Below, in pieces: positions 50,218 to 60,317 of a stretch of 64,000 nucleotides of DNA. How positions within the stretch are numbered: position 1 is the stretch's first letter; each line of letters starts with the position of its first letter. Source of the DNA: Deltaproteobacteria bacterium (lineage in GTDB: Bacteria; Myxococcota; Kuafuiibacteriia; Kuafuiibacteriales; Kuafuiibacteriaceae); the NCBI GenBank assembly GCA_040218735.1, contig JAVJQW010000023.1:256001-320000 (forward strand), written 5' to 3'. The notes under the pieces are model-generated. The model made no database searches, was not told where the DNA came from, and saw only the letters and a list, made by a program, of their open reading frames with translations. A program made the position numbers and the translations under genes.

Positions 50218-51440
50218 GCCTGCGCTTCGTCATGGTCACGACGTTCTACCCGCCCTACAACTTCGGCGGGGACGGCGTGTACGTGCGGCGCCTCGCGCAC
50301 GCGCTCGTCCGGCGCGGTCACACCGTCGACATCATCCACGACGCCGACAGCTACGACGTCCTCAGCGGCGGGCGCGACGTCACGCCGATCGAGGAGCCGC
50401 CGGGGCTGACCGTCCACACGCTGAAGAGCCCGCTCAAGACGGCGTCCCTCCTCGCGACGCAGCAAACGGGGCACCCCGTCGTGAACGGCCGCAAGATCCG
50501 AGCGCTCCTCGACCGCGGTCGCTACGACGTCATCCACTTCCACAACATCTCGCTCGTCGGCGGCCCCGGCGTGCTCGCGTACGGCGACGCGATCAAGGTC
50601 TACACCGCGCACGAGCACTGGCTCGTCTGTCCGTCGCACATCCTGTGGCGCCACGACCGCGAGGTATGCACCGGCCGCGAATGTCTGCGCTGTGTGTTGA
50701 ACCACGGGCGCCCCCCTCAGGCGTGGCGACGTACTTCACTCCTCGCCGACAAGGCGAAACACGTCGACACCTTCTTCGCGCTCAGCCAGTTCTCCGCCGA
50801 GAAACACCGTGAGTTCGGATTCACCGAGCCGATGACGGTGGTCCCGTCGTTCCTCCCCGACCGGGACGAAGCGCCCAAGGTCGAGCCGCAGCCGACGCCG
50901 TACTTCCTGTTCGTCGGGCGCCTCGAGAAGATCAAAGGCCTGCAGGACGTCATCCCGATGTTCGGCGCCGACGCCCCCGCCGAGCTGTGGATCGCCGGCA
51001 GTGGCGACTACGAAGCCGAGCTTCGCGCGCTCGCGGAGGGCAAGCCGAAGGTGAAGTTCCTCGGCAAGCGACCGCCCGAAACCCTCCCGGCGCTGTACGC
51101 CAACGCGATCGCGCTCGTGACCCCCTCCGTCTGTTACGAGGTGTTCCCGCTCGTGGTGTTGGAGGCGTTCCGCGAAGGCACCCCGATCGTCGCGCGCCGC
51201 CTCGGGCCCTACCCGGAGATCGTAGACGAGACCAACGGCGGCCTCCTCTTCGGCGACCCGACCGAGCTCCGCCACGCGCTGCGCCGCATCCCGACGCTCC
51301 GCGACGAGCTCGGCGCCAACGCCAAACGCGCGTTCGATTCGCAGTGGAGCGAGGACGTGTCGCTGTCGGTATACTTCGACGAGATCCGAAAGATCGCCGA
51401 GCGCCGAAACGACCGCCGGGTCCTCGACGCGCTCGCCTGA
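50214..51440 (+). CDS. Glycosyltransferase family 4
   Basis: TTFYPP..FGG, HEHWLVCP, FVGRLEKIKG, PSVCYEVFPLVVLEAF; GTG 50214. Confidence 0.9.
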   Translation: MSLRFVMVTTFYPPYNFGGDGVYVRRLAHALVRRGHTVDIIHDADSYDVLSGGRDVTPIEEPPGLTVHTLKSPLKTASLLATQQTGHPVVNGRKIRALLDRGRYDVIHFHNISLVGGPGVLAYGDAIKVYTAHEHWLVCPSHILWRHDREVCTGRECLRCVLNHGRPPQAWRRTSLLADKAKHVDTFFALSQFSAEKHREFGFTEPMTVVPSFLPDRDEAPKVEPQPTPYFLFVGRLEKIKGLQDVIPMFGADAPAELWIAGSGDYEAELRALAEGKPKVKFLGKRPPETLPALYANAIALVTPSVCYEVFPLVVLEAFREGTPIVARRLGPYPEIVDETNGGLLFGDPTELRHALRRIPTLRDELGANAKRAFDSQWSEDVSLSVYFDEIRKIAERRNDRRVLDALA

Positions 51441-51447
51441 CGAAGCC

Positions 51448-52215
51448 ATGCGCGCCATCCTCACCTTCCACAGCGTCGACGACTCCGGGTCGGTGATCTC
51501 GTTTTCGCCGTCCACGTTCGCAGCGCTGATCGAAGCGGTCGGCCGACGCCACGCCATCGTGGATCTCGACGCGCTGCTCGACGGCGGCGACGGCGTCGCG
51601 ATCACCTTCGACGACGGGATGCGCTCGGTCTTCCAGCACGCCCTCCCCGTCCTCGAAACCCACGGCGTCCCCGCGCACCTCTTCCTCACCACCAACACCG
51701 TCGGCCGCCCGACGCCGTGGCCCGACCCGCCCGCCGACATCCCGGCGTTCCCGATGCTCGGGTGGCACGAAGTCGAAGCCCTCGCACGCGGCGGCATCCG
51801 CATCGAGAACCACACCACCTCGCACCCCGATCTGCGCGCGACCTCGGACGCCGACATCACCACCGAGCTCGACCACGCCGACGCCATCATCGAGGAGCGC
51901 CTCGGCCGACGACCGAAGTACTTCGCGTATCCGTTCGGCTACTACGACGGACGCACCCGCGACCTCGTGCGCCATCGCTACCGCGCGAGTGTCACCACCG
52001 AGCTGCGCACCCTCGCAACGGACGAGGACCCGACGGCGCTCCCGCGCCTCGACGCGTATTATCTGCAGGACCCACGCTGGTTCGAGACCCTCGGCGATCC
52101 CGCGACGCGCGCCTATCTCTCCGCGCGGAGCCTCCTGAGGACGATGCGCGGCTCCCACGTCGTGCCCCAGGCCGGCTACGCCGCGGCGGTGCGGCGCGCG
52201 ATCCTGCCGAGCTGA
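51448..52215 (+). CDS. Polysaccharide deacetylase (NodB/CE4)
   Basis: ILTFHSV, ITFDDG, HTTSHPDL, FAYPFG. Confidence 0.9.
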   Translation: MRAILTFHSVDDSGSVISFSPSTFAALIEAVGRRHAIVDLDALLDGGDGVAITFDDGMRSVFQHALPVLETHGVPAHLFLTTNTVGRPTPWPDPPADIPAFPMLGWHEVEALARGGIRIENHTTSHPDLRATSDADITTELDHADAIIEERLGRRPKYFAYPFGYYDGRTRDLVRHRYRASVTTELRTLATDEDPTALPRLDAYYLQDPRWFETLGDPATRAYLSARSLLRTMRGSHVVPQAGYAAAVRRAILPS

Positions 52216-52271
52216 CGCGGACTTCGACTTCGTCTCACCAACCGGCCGCGCTCGGTTGTACGGTAGTGCAC

Positions 52272-53156
52272 ATGCGCCGCGTCAGCCCGCTCGCAGCCCT
52301 CGTCATCGCGGCCTGCTCGACCGGCACCTCGGACCTCGACGCCCGTGACGCCGGCGCGATCGAACGCGACGCCGGTCCGCGCGACGCTGGCTTCCGAGAC
52401 GGCGGCACCCTCGACAGCGGCACCCCCGACGCGGGCGCCAGAGACGGCGGCGAACGGGACGCGGGGAGCCGCGACGCCGGCTCGCGAGACGGTGGCACCT
52501 GCGCGCCGGGCACGCCGCGGTTCGAGATGGATCCGGCGAGCGTGCTCATCTTCCACGACGTCACCACGGACCTCGACGCTCTGATCACCAACGACGGCGA
52601 CGGCGAGCTGCACCTGATCTCGGCTCGCATCGAGCCTGGCCCCGACACACCGGCCGGTGAGTTCTCCATCCCCGGGTGTAACGGCAACCCGTGCCCGCTC
52701 GAAGTCGCGCTCTGCGCTGGCGACACGCTGACCCTCCCCGTGAACTTCACGAACACCGACGGCACCGAGACGGACTTCGCCGTCCTTCACCTCGGGACGA
52801 ACCTGCCCGGCGACCCCGTCCGAACGCTGGACCTTCAGGCCCTTCGCGCCAACTGCGCGCCGCCCCCCACGCCGATCTTCGAGGTCTCTACGCTGACGGC
52901 GACGGTCGGCGCGACGGTCGTGCTCGACGGCTCGATGTCACTCCCGGGCGGCCCGCCCGGCACGCAGGTCGTTCGCTGGGACTGGTCGTGGATCTTCACG
53001 CCGCAACCGACGCCGACCATCGTCGGCCAGGGGAACGTTCGGGCGTCGTTCGTCCCCCAAGCGTCGGGGTCGTACTTCATCCAGCTGCAGGTGCAGAACG
53101 CCTGCAACGCCTACTCGCTGGCCCCGTCCAACGCGGCGGTGAACGTCTCGCCCTGA
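52272..53156 (+). CDS. Lipoprotein with RDAG/RDGG linker, Ig-like and PKD-like domains
   Basis: Lipobox IAAC; repeated RDAG/RDGG; V.LDGS.S...W.W...G.Y PKD-like pattern; ATG 52272. Confidence 0.7.
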   Translation: MRRVSPLAALVIAACSTGTSDLDARDAGAIERDAGPRDAGFRDGGTLDSGTPDAGARDGGERDAGSRDAGSRDGGTCAPGTPRFEMDPASVLIFHDVTTDLDALITNDGDGELHLISARIEPGPDTPAGEFSIPGCNGNPCPLEVALCAGDTLTLPVNFTNTDGTETDFAVLHLGTNLPGDPVRTLDLQALRANCAPPPTPIFEVSTLTATVGATVVLDGSMSLPGGPPGTQVVRWDWSWIFTPQPTPTIVGQGNVRASFVPQASGSYFIQLQVQNACNAYSLAPSNAAVNVSP

Positions 53157-53165
53157 CGGCGACGC

Positions 53166-54452
53166 TCAGTTACAGGCGCAGCCGCCGCCGGCGCCGGCGG
53201 CACTTCCGCCGGAGGAGGCTTCGCGGGACTCGAGGAAGGTGCGCTCGACCATCGCTTCTTCGATGTCGGGGCCGCGGGTCATGACGGCGGTCGCCATGCG
53301 GCCACGCTCCCACGCCTTAACGTTCACGCAGCCCGCGAAGAACGCGAGGAACATCGCGCCGCTCGCGGCGAGCGCGACCGCGCGTGCGCGACGCGAGCGG
53401 AAGAGCAGAATCACCGAGGCGATCAGCGCGGCCAGCGTCGCGAGCAACCACATCGGCGGGGGCTGCGGGCCCTTCGGCGTCGTCACCACCGGCGGGACCT
53501 CCGTCGAGTTCCACGGCGGGTTCGTCGGGTTGCACGCGCCCACGCCCTGCGGACACGCGGCGCGCCGGAACTCGGCGACGTCGTCGTCGTACGTGTCGCT
53601 GTAGCCGTCACCGTCGACCGCCGCGATGTAGAAGCGGATGCGCCCGTTGCCGACGCTCGGCGCGGGGTTCGGCGCCTGCCAGAAGAAGTGCCACTGCACG
53701 TTGTTGAAGGCCTGGCCCGCGTCCGGCGTGATGTCGCCGCCGACGTTCGCGACGATCGTGTCGCAGCTCTGATCGCAGGTCCACTGACCGAACGGCGGGT
53801 TCGAGTTCGGGTCCGACAGGCGCCACCGGTGCAGGCTCATTGTCGTCGGCCCGCCCTGCAGGATCGCCGGCGGGTACGTCGCACCGAACGAACACAGCTC
53901 CGAGCCGCTGTTGCACGCCCCCGCGGCGGTCGAGCCCGGGTTGTTGTCGCTGTCGGGCTGGAGGATGCCGGCCTGCGGGCTGCCCGCGTAGTTCGCGTAC
54001 TGGTTGCCCTCGCTCATCACCTCCGCGGACATCAGGTTGCGGTTCTCCGCCACGCGCGGGCACGCCACCTTCTCGGCGGTGCCCATCGGGTTCTCGTAGC
54101 TCCCGTTCGACGGCTGTCGACCGCGGTGCTCACCTGTCAACGTGACCGTGACCTTGTAACGCGCGCCGGGCTGGTACCCGTTCGCGAAGATGTCGTCCGC
54201 GACGAGCGAGCCGCCATTGTCACGACGTGTGGTCACCTGAACGCCGATGCGCTCGTTCGGCGGGATGTTCTGACTCCCGAGGTGGCAGCTCGTGCACGTG
54301 ATCCCGAGGCTCCGCGGCGACCCCGTCGCGAAGTTGCCTCCGGAGCCGCGCCACGGTCCTCGCGAGAACGGGCTGCCCCAGTCCCAGGCCATGGCCTCAC
54401 CGGCGAGGCCCATCGATAGGAAGAGCGAAGTAGCGATGACGATCTTCTTCAT
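53166..54452 (-). CDS. Secreted CXXCH/Reeler-like protein fused via two TM segments to a C-terminal DUF4266 domain
   Basis: TGSPR...CTSCH, YQPGARYKVTV, WHFFWQAP, FYIAAVDGDG; C-terminal GCVNVKAWERG...REASSGG...GGGCACN; ATG 54452. Confidence 0.72.
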   Translation of the reverse strand: MKKIVIATSLFLSMGLAGEAMAWDWGSPFSRGPWRGSGGNFATGSPRSLGITCTSCHLGSQNIPPNERIGVQVTTRRDNGGSLVADDIFANGYQPGARYKVTVTLTGEHRGRQPSNGSYENPMGTAEKVACPRVAENRNLMSAEVMSEGNQYANYAGSPQAGILQPDSDNNPGSTAAGACNSGSELCSFGATYPPAILQGGPTTMSLHRWRLSDPNSNPPFGQWTCDQSCDTIVANVGGDITPDAGQAFNNVQWHFFWQAPNPAPSVGNGRIRFYIAAVDGDGYSDTYDDDVAEFRRAACPQGVGACNPTNPPWNSTEVPPVVTTPKGPQPPPMWLLATLAALIASVILLFRSRRARAVALAASGAMFLAFFAGCVNVKAWERGRMATAVMTRGPDIEEAMVERTFLESREASSGGSAAGAGGGCACN

Positions 54453-54463
54453 CTTCGTTCTCC

Positions 54464-56002
54464 TCAGCGCATGCACTGCGTCGGGTCACACGGCGGTGTG
54501 ACGTTGGGGGGCGTGCCGCACTGCGACGTGCTGCCCTGGGTGCACTGCGGGCACTGCCCGCCGTTGGTGTTCAAGTCGAGCGCGGTGTCGTTGCGCGTCG
54601 GGAGGGGGAGGTTGTTGCAGTTCGCGGGATCCGTCTGGCCGTTCAACCACCCGAGGATCGCCTGGTAACGCACGTCGTTCGTCGACGCGAAGATGTCGAA
54701 GTTGTCGTGCACGTGCCCGCGCGGGTCCCCGGTGAGCGGCTGCGTGAGCAGCTCGTTGTTCGTCGACGCCGGCGCATCGAGCGCAAACAGCCGCGCGTTG
54801 TCGTAGTTGAAGGCCCACTCCGCCGTCGTCAGCGGATCCGGCCCGCAGTTCGCCTCCGGATACTGACCACCCCCGTTGCAGAACCCGGGGTTGATCGGCC
54901 CGTCGTGGTCCTTGCCCGACAGCAGCGGCGCCATGCGCTTCATGTTCACCGCGAACGTCTGCAAGCGACGCGTCGGCGTGTCCGTCGTGTGGCAGCCGAG
55001 GTACGCGCAGCTCGCCTCGAGGATCGGCTGCATCCGGCACCTGAAGTAGTTCTCGTCGAGGTTCGGCAGCGCCGTCGTCGTGGGGCACGCGGCGTCGCCG
55101 CAGGTCCGCACCGCCGTGCCGTTCGGCGTCGCCGGGAGCGCCCACGGCTGGCACGTCGTCTCGTTGCAATTTGTGTTGCAAGCGCCGTTGCTGCAGCCCG
55201 GGGCGCCGCAGTTCATGTCCGTCGACGGGTAGTCACACATCGACGTGCCCGGGTTGCACATCGCGCCGTTGATCGTGAACGTGCGGAGCGTCGTCGCATC
55301 GACGCAGGTCGGCGCCGGCGGCTGGTCACACACCACGCCATTGCCGAGGCAGGAGCCGTCCCCCTGGCAGGCGTCGCCCATCGTGCACGCGTCGCCGTCG
55401 TCACAGGTCGTGATGTTGCCGTCGACCATGTACGAACATGCGCCCGTCTGCTCGTCGCAGGTGCCGGGCACCGCGTAGCAGGTGGTCGGCGGCGTGTTGC
55501 AGGTCCGGTTCGCGCAGGGGTTCGGGCACAGGCCGGCGGTCACCGAGCCGCACATGCCGGGGCACGACACCGTCTGCTGGTTGTAGTTGCACGTCCCCAT
55601 CGAGCACGAGCCCTGCGTGTCGTAGACCACCGAGGTGTCGGCGTCGCTGCAGGTCGGCGCGGGCGGGGTGTTGCACATCATCGGCGTGCCGGCGCACGAG
55701 CCGTCGGCGGCGCACATATCCCCCTGGGTGCAGGCGTTGCCGTCGCTGCACGACTGGCCGGGGGCGAGCGCGTAGCTGCACGTCCCGTTGGCGCAGGTCC
55801 CGGTCGGCGCGTGGCACTGCGAGGGCGGCGTGTTGCACACGACGTTCAGGCAGGGGTCGTTCGGGTCGGACCCGCCGTCCCGCTCCGTCCCGATGCAGAT
55901 CCCGTTGTTGCAGGGGTCGTCGGGTTGATCGCGGTCCACGTTGCAGGCCGCGGCTGTCGTACACAGCCAGGTGAGCGCGAAGAGTCTGAAAAGCGTGCGC
56001 AT
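54464..56002 (-). CDS. Cys-rich lipoprotein with C-terminal CX4CH domain
   Basis: Lipobox AAAC; duplicated C..PP..C...C.DG.ACT.GD.C..DGSC.G units; C-terminal QPILEASCAYLGCH...LLTQPL...H...YQAILGWL; ATG 56002. Confidence 0.7.
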   Translation of the reverse strand: MRTLFRLFALTWLCTTAAACNVDRDQPDDPCNNGICIGTERDGGSDPNDPCLNVVCNTPPSQCHAPTGTCANGTCSYALAPGQSCSDGNACTQGDMCAADGSCAGTPMMCNTPPAPTCSDADTSVVYDTQGSCSMGTCNYNQQTVSCPGMCGSVTAGLCPNPCANRTCNTPPTTCYAVPGTCDEQTGACSYMVDGNITTCDDGDACTMGDACQGDGSCLGNGVVCDQPPAPTCVDATTLRTFTINGAMCNPGTSMCDYPSTDMNCGAPGCSNGACNTNCNETTCQPWALPATPNGTAVRTCGDAACPTTTALPNLDENYFRCRMQPILEASCAYLGCHTTDTPTRRLQTFAVNMKRMAPLLSGKDHDGPINPGFCNGGGQYPEANCGPDPLTTAEWAFNYDNARLFALDAPASTNNELLTQPLTGDPRGHVHDNFDIFASTNDVRYQAILGWLNGQTDPANCNNLPLPTRNDTALDLNTNGGQCPQCTQGSTSQCGTPPNVTPPCDPTQCMR

Positions 56003-56099
56003 CGAATGCAGTCCTCGGGGAGGGGTCACAGAGTGAATACGAAGTAGCGAGGGCTCGTGGTCCACTCAAAGGGGAATCGAGCTACGCGTCAACCGGACA

Positions 56100-58100
56100 T
56101 CACAACGTCCGCCCGAGGGCGTCCACCAGCCAGTCGACGGTCATCGCGTCGATCCGTGCCACATTGTCGTACAGGCCGCGGTCGCGGAGCAGCGCGTCGA
56201 CCTTGTCGCGTTTGCCCGGACGGTAGTCGATGCCGACCACCGCGCACCCCTGCGACAGCGCGAAGATGTTCGCGTGGAAGCGCATCGCGATCACCGCGTC
56301 GATGCGCCGCAGGAGCGCCACGACGCCGTCGAGCGTCGCGTCGCCCTCCCAGACCCGGAAATCGACGTCGCTGCGCAGGTGCCGCGCGAGGCGATACGCG
56401 CTCTTGAGGTCCGACGAGCCGAACTGAATCGCGTTCATCGGGTAGTAGACGTAGCGAACCTTCTTCTTGCGCGACTTCGAGAAGATCTTCATCGCCTCGG
56501 CGAGCCGCTCCTCGAACCGCCGCTCCACGAACCGCGTGTACGAATCCCGCTGCTCCGGCGGCACCCCCGTCGTGAACAGTGGTCGGATTGGCCGAAGATT
56601 CAGGCCGACGATCTGCTTGTCCTCTCGATCTGCGACGAGCCGTTCGACCCACGCGCGATCCACGTCCGGCAGACGCGACAGCTCCTGCCCCCGCGACGCG
56701 AGGTAGTCGAACGCGGGATCGTGCCCGAGCTCCGGCGTCAGCCCGTCGAGGATCGAGCACTCCTGATCCGCCGCCGTGCGAATCGAGATGCGATTCGCCG
56801 CCAACGTGATCTGTCGACCGACCCACTCCGAAGGTTTGCGCTCGAACGGCCCCGCGCCGATCCCCTCCAGGACGATCGGCTTGCCCTGCTTCTTCGCGAG
56901 TGACACCGCGTAGAGGTGACGCACGAGCTGCTTCGGCAGATCCATCAACGGCCCGCCCGCGTAGACGACGCCGTCCGTCTCGGCGACCGCAGCCTCGATC
57001 CGGTCGTGCTCGTACAGCTCCACGCGGAGCTCCACCGGCGTGTCGAGCAACCGCACCAACCGCTGCGTGTGGTCCGGCCGCTGCGTCATCAACACGCCGC
57101 GCTTCGTGCCGAACTTCTCGTGCGCGCGGAGGAGGACGCCGCCGAGGATCGCGGCGTCGCCGATGTGCTCGCCACCGTACGCGCCGATCAACGTGATCGA
57201 CTCCATCTGCGTCCCGTCGGCGAGCGGCGGTGCCGCGCGCTCCGCCGCGAGGCGAACACGCGACCAAACGCCGAGCGCGCGCTGCCCGTCGAGCAACACG
57301 CCGCCGACGTCCTTCACCTGCGCGATGAGCTGCTCACGCTCCGCCGGACCTTCGTCGATCTGCAGGTCGTGTTCGTCCTCGACGGTCGGGAGGTTGCCGA
57401 CCTCGAGGCCGGACGCCGTGAGGTGCGCGACCGGTCGCGCGCCCGCGGGGCGCCGCGGACCGACACCGTCGAGCACGCCGAGCAGGAAGTGATGGTAGGC
57501 GGTGCGCTTCGGCGTATATGCGTCGACCTCTTCGTCGAGGAGCCGGTACTTCAGGAAGTCGCGGACGAACAGCTGCGCGTCTTCGTCGAGCGCGCCGTCG
57601 AAGTCCCAACCCGGCAACGCCCACGCGGGCGCGAGGCGCGGGTCGATGCGTTCGTCCTGCGCGAGGGAGAAGAGCCCCTCCAGCCGAAACACCAGCGGCG
57701 CGGTCAGCGGGACGACGAAGCGGATCATGACGCCGCGCGTGCGTAAGGTCTTCGCCGTCTCGAAGATCGGCGCGAGCGTGGTGGGGCGCTTTTGGAACGC
57801 CTCGAAGGTGTCGGCCTCCGCGTCGAGGACAAACGCGACGGTCAGCTCCAGGTTCTTCGCCGCACGGACCCAGGCGAGGCCCGCGTCGAGGTCGACCCCG
57901 TCGGCGACCTCGGCGAGCTGCACTTCGATCCGCGCGAGCTGCGGGAGCGCCGCGCGCATCTCCCCGAGCAGCGGTCCCACCGCGTCGACCGCGGGCCGCA
58001 CCAAGGTCACCGAGGTGACGCTCGCGAGGCGCCGATCTGCGAGCTGCGCGCTCTCGGGCGAGCCTTCGACGACGAGGTGCCGTACTTCCGTGCCGTCCAC
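56100..58100 (-). CDS. Polysaccharide pyruvyltransferase family protein with long N-terminal extra domain
   Basis: GAYGGEHIGDAAIL, AGGPL, GIGAGP, ISIR, DPAF, IAMRFHA.IFA, IDY. Confidence 0.82.
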   Translation of the reverse strand: MDGTEVRHLVVEGSPESAQLADRRLASVTSVTLVRPAVDAVGPLLGEMRAALPQLARIEVQLAEVADGVDLDAGLAWVRAAKNLELTVAFVLDAEADTFEAFQKRPTTLAPIFETAKTLRTRGVMIRFVVPLTAPLVFRLEGLFSLAQDERIDPRLAPAWALPGWDFDGALDEDAQLFVRDFLKYRLLDEEVDAYTPKRTAYHHFLLGVLDGVGPRRPAGARPVAHLTASGLEVGNLPTVEDEHDLQIDEGPAEREQLIAQVKDVGGVLLDGQRALGVWSRVRLAAERAAPPLADGTQMESITLIGAYGGEHIGDAAILGGVLLRAHEKFGTKRGVLMTQRPDHTQRLVRLLDTPVELRVELYEHDRIEAAVAETDGVVYAGGPLMDLPKQLVRHLYAVSLAKKQGKPIVLEGIGAGPFERKPSEWVGRQITLAANRISIRTAADQECSILDGLTPELGHDPAFDYLASRGQELSRLPDVDRAWVERLVADREDKQIVGLNLRPIRPLFTTGVPPEQRDSYTRFVERRFEERLAEAMKIFSKSRKKKVRYVYYPMNAIQFGSSDLKSAYRLARHLRSDVDFRVWEGDATLDGVVALLRRIDAVIAMRFHANIFALSQGCAVVGIDYRPGKRDKVDALLRDRGLYDNVARIDAMTVDWLVDALGRTL

Positions 58101-58177
58101 GAGCCGGGCGGTACGGCAATCCGAGACCCGTGTCCAACCCCATTCGTGACGGCGCCAGGCCGTGGTATCAGCGAGGC

Positions 58178-59098
58178 GTGATCGTCAAACCCCGAGGCAC
58201 TTGGCTGTCGCTCATGTTCTCCTGGCGGGGCAGCGTCATCACGTCGATCTGGCCGCGGCTGCTCTTCGTGCTGATCGTCTCGATCGCGGTGGAAGAGGCC
58301 CACCGCCAGAACGTCATCCCGGAACGCATCACCCTCACGCCCCTACCCTTCAGCCTGATCGGGCTCGCGCTCTCCATCTTCCTCGGCTTCCGCAACAACA
58401 CGAGCTACGACCGCTTCTGGGAGGGCCGTAAGCTGTGGGGCCGCGTCGTGAACACGTCGCGCAGCCTGACGCGCCAGATCCTCACGCTCGTCGCCTCCGA
58501 AGACGGCGCCACGCACAAGACACTCGTGTACCGGCTGATGGGTTACGTCCACGCGCTGCGCCTGCACCTACGCACGCAGAAGGATCTCTCGGAGCTGTCG
58601 CCCTTCATCGGCGAAGCGCGCGCGAAGGCGCTGGAGGGCGAGACCAACCCACCCATCGCGCTGTTGCAGGACCTCGGCGACGACTTCGCCGCGGAGTGGA
58701 AGAAGGGCAACGTCGACGCCTTCCACCTCCCGGTCCTCGAAGCCAGCCTCACCGAATTCGCGAACATCCAGGGCGGCTGCGAGCGCATCCGCGCCACGCC
58801 GATCCCGTTCTCGTACACGGTGCTGATGCACAGGATCGTGGAGCTGTACTGCCTCGGCCTCCCCTTCGGCATCGTGAACAGCACCGGCGTCGCGACGCCG
58901 TTCGTGGTGCTGATGATCGCCTACGCCTTCCTCGCGCTGGACGCGATCGGCGAGGAGATCGAGGACCCCTTCGGCACGGACAACAACGACCTGCCGCTGT
59001 CGCAGCTGTCGCGGATGATCGAGATCAATCTGCGGGAGCGGTTGGGGGAGGAGGAGCTGCCCGACCCGGTGACCCCGGTGAACGGGGTGCTGAGCTGA
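58178..59098 (+). CDS. Bestrophin family (YneE-like) channel
   Basis: FLGFRNNTSYDRFWEGRKLWG, GGCERI..TPIPFSY, IEDPFG...NDLPL; GTG 58178 gives MIVKP. Confidence 0.92.
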   Translation: MIVKPRGTWLSLMFSWRGSVITSIWPRLLFVLIVSIAVEEAHRQNVIPERITLTPLPFSLIGLALSIFLGFRNNTSYDRFWEGRKLWGRVVNTSRSLTRQILTLVASEDGATHKTLVYRLMGYVHALRLHLRTQKDLSELSPFIGEARAKALEGETNPPIALLQDLGDDFAAEWKKGNVDAFHLPVLEASLTEFANIQGGCERIRATPIPFSYTVLMHRIVELYCLGLPFGIVNSTGVATPFVVLMIAYAFLALDAIGEEIEDPFGTDNNDLPLSQLSRMIEINLRERLGEEELPDPVTPVNGVLS

Positions 59099-59101
59099 GC
59101 G

Positions 59102-60274
<1,173 letters not shown>

Positions 60275-60317
60275 GAAGACGAGTCAACCTGCTGCCTGAT
60301 GGGCTGTCAAACCGAAC

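Noticed and set aside
52340-52500. RDAG/RDGG low-complexity repeats as a nucleotide repeat element
   Set aside because: In-frame linker common to myxobacterial-type lipoproteins, also seen at 23030-23160
53166-53180. Possible selenocysteine read-through at the TGA after CACN
   Set aside because: GGGCxCN is the normal DUF4266 terminus, and a convergent gene ends 10 bp away
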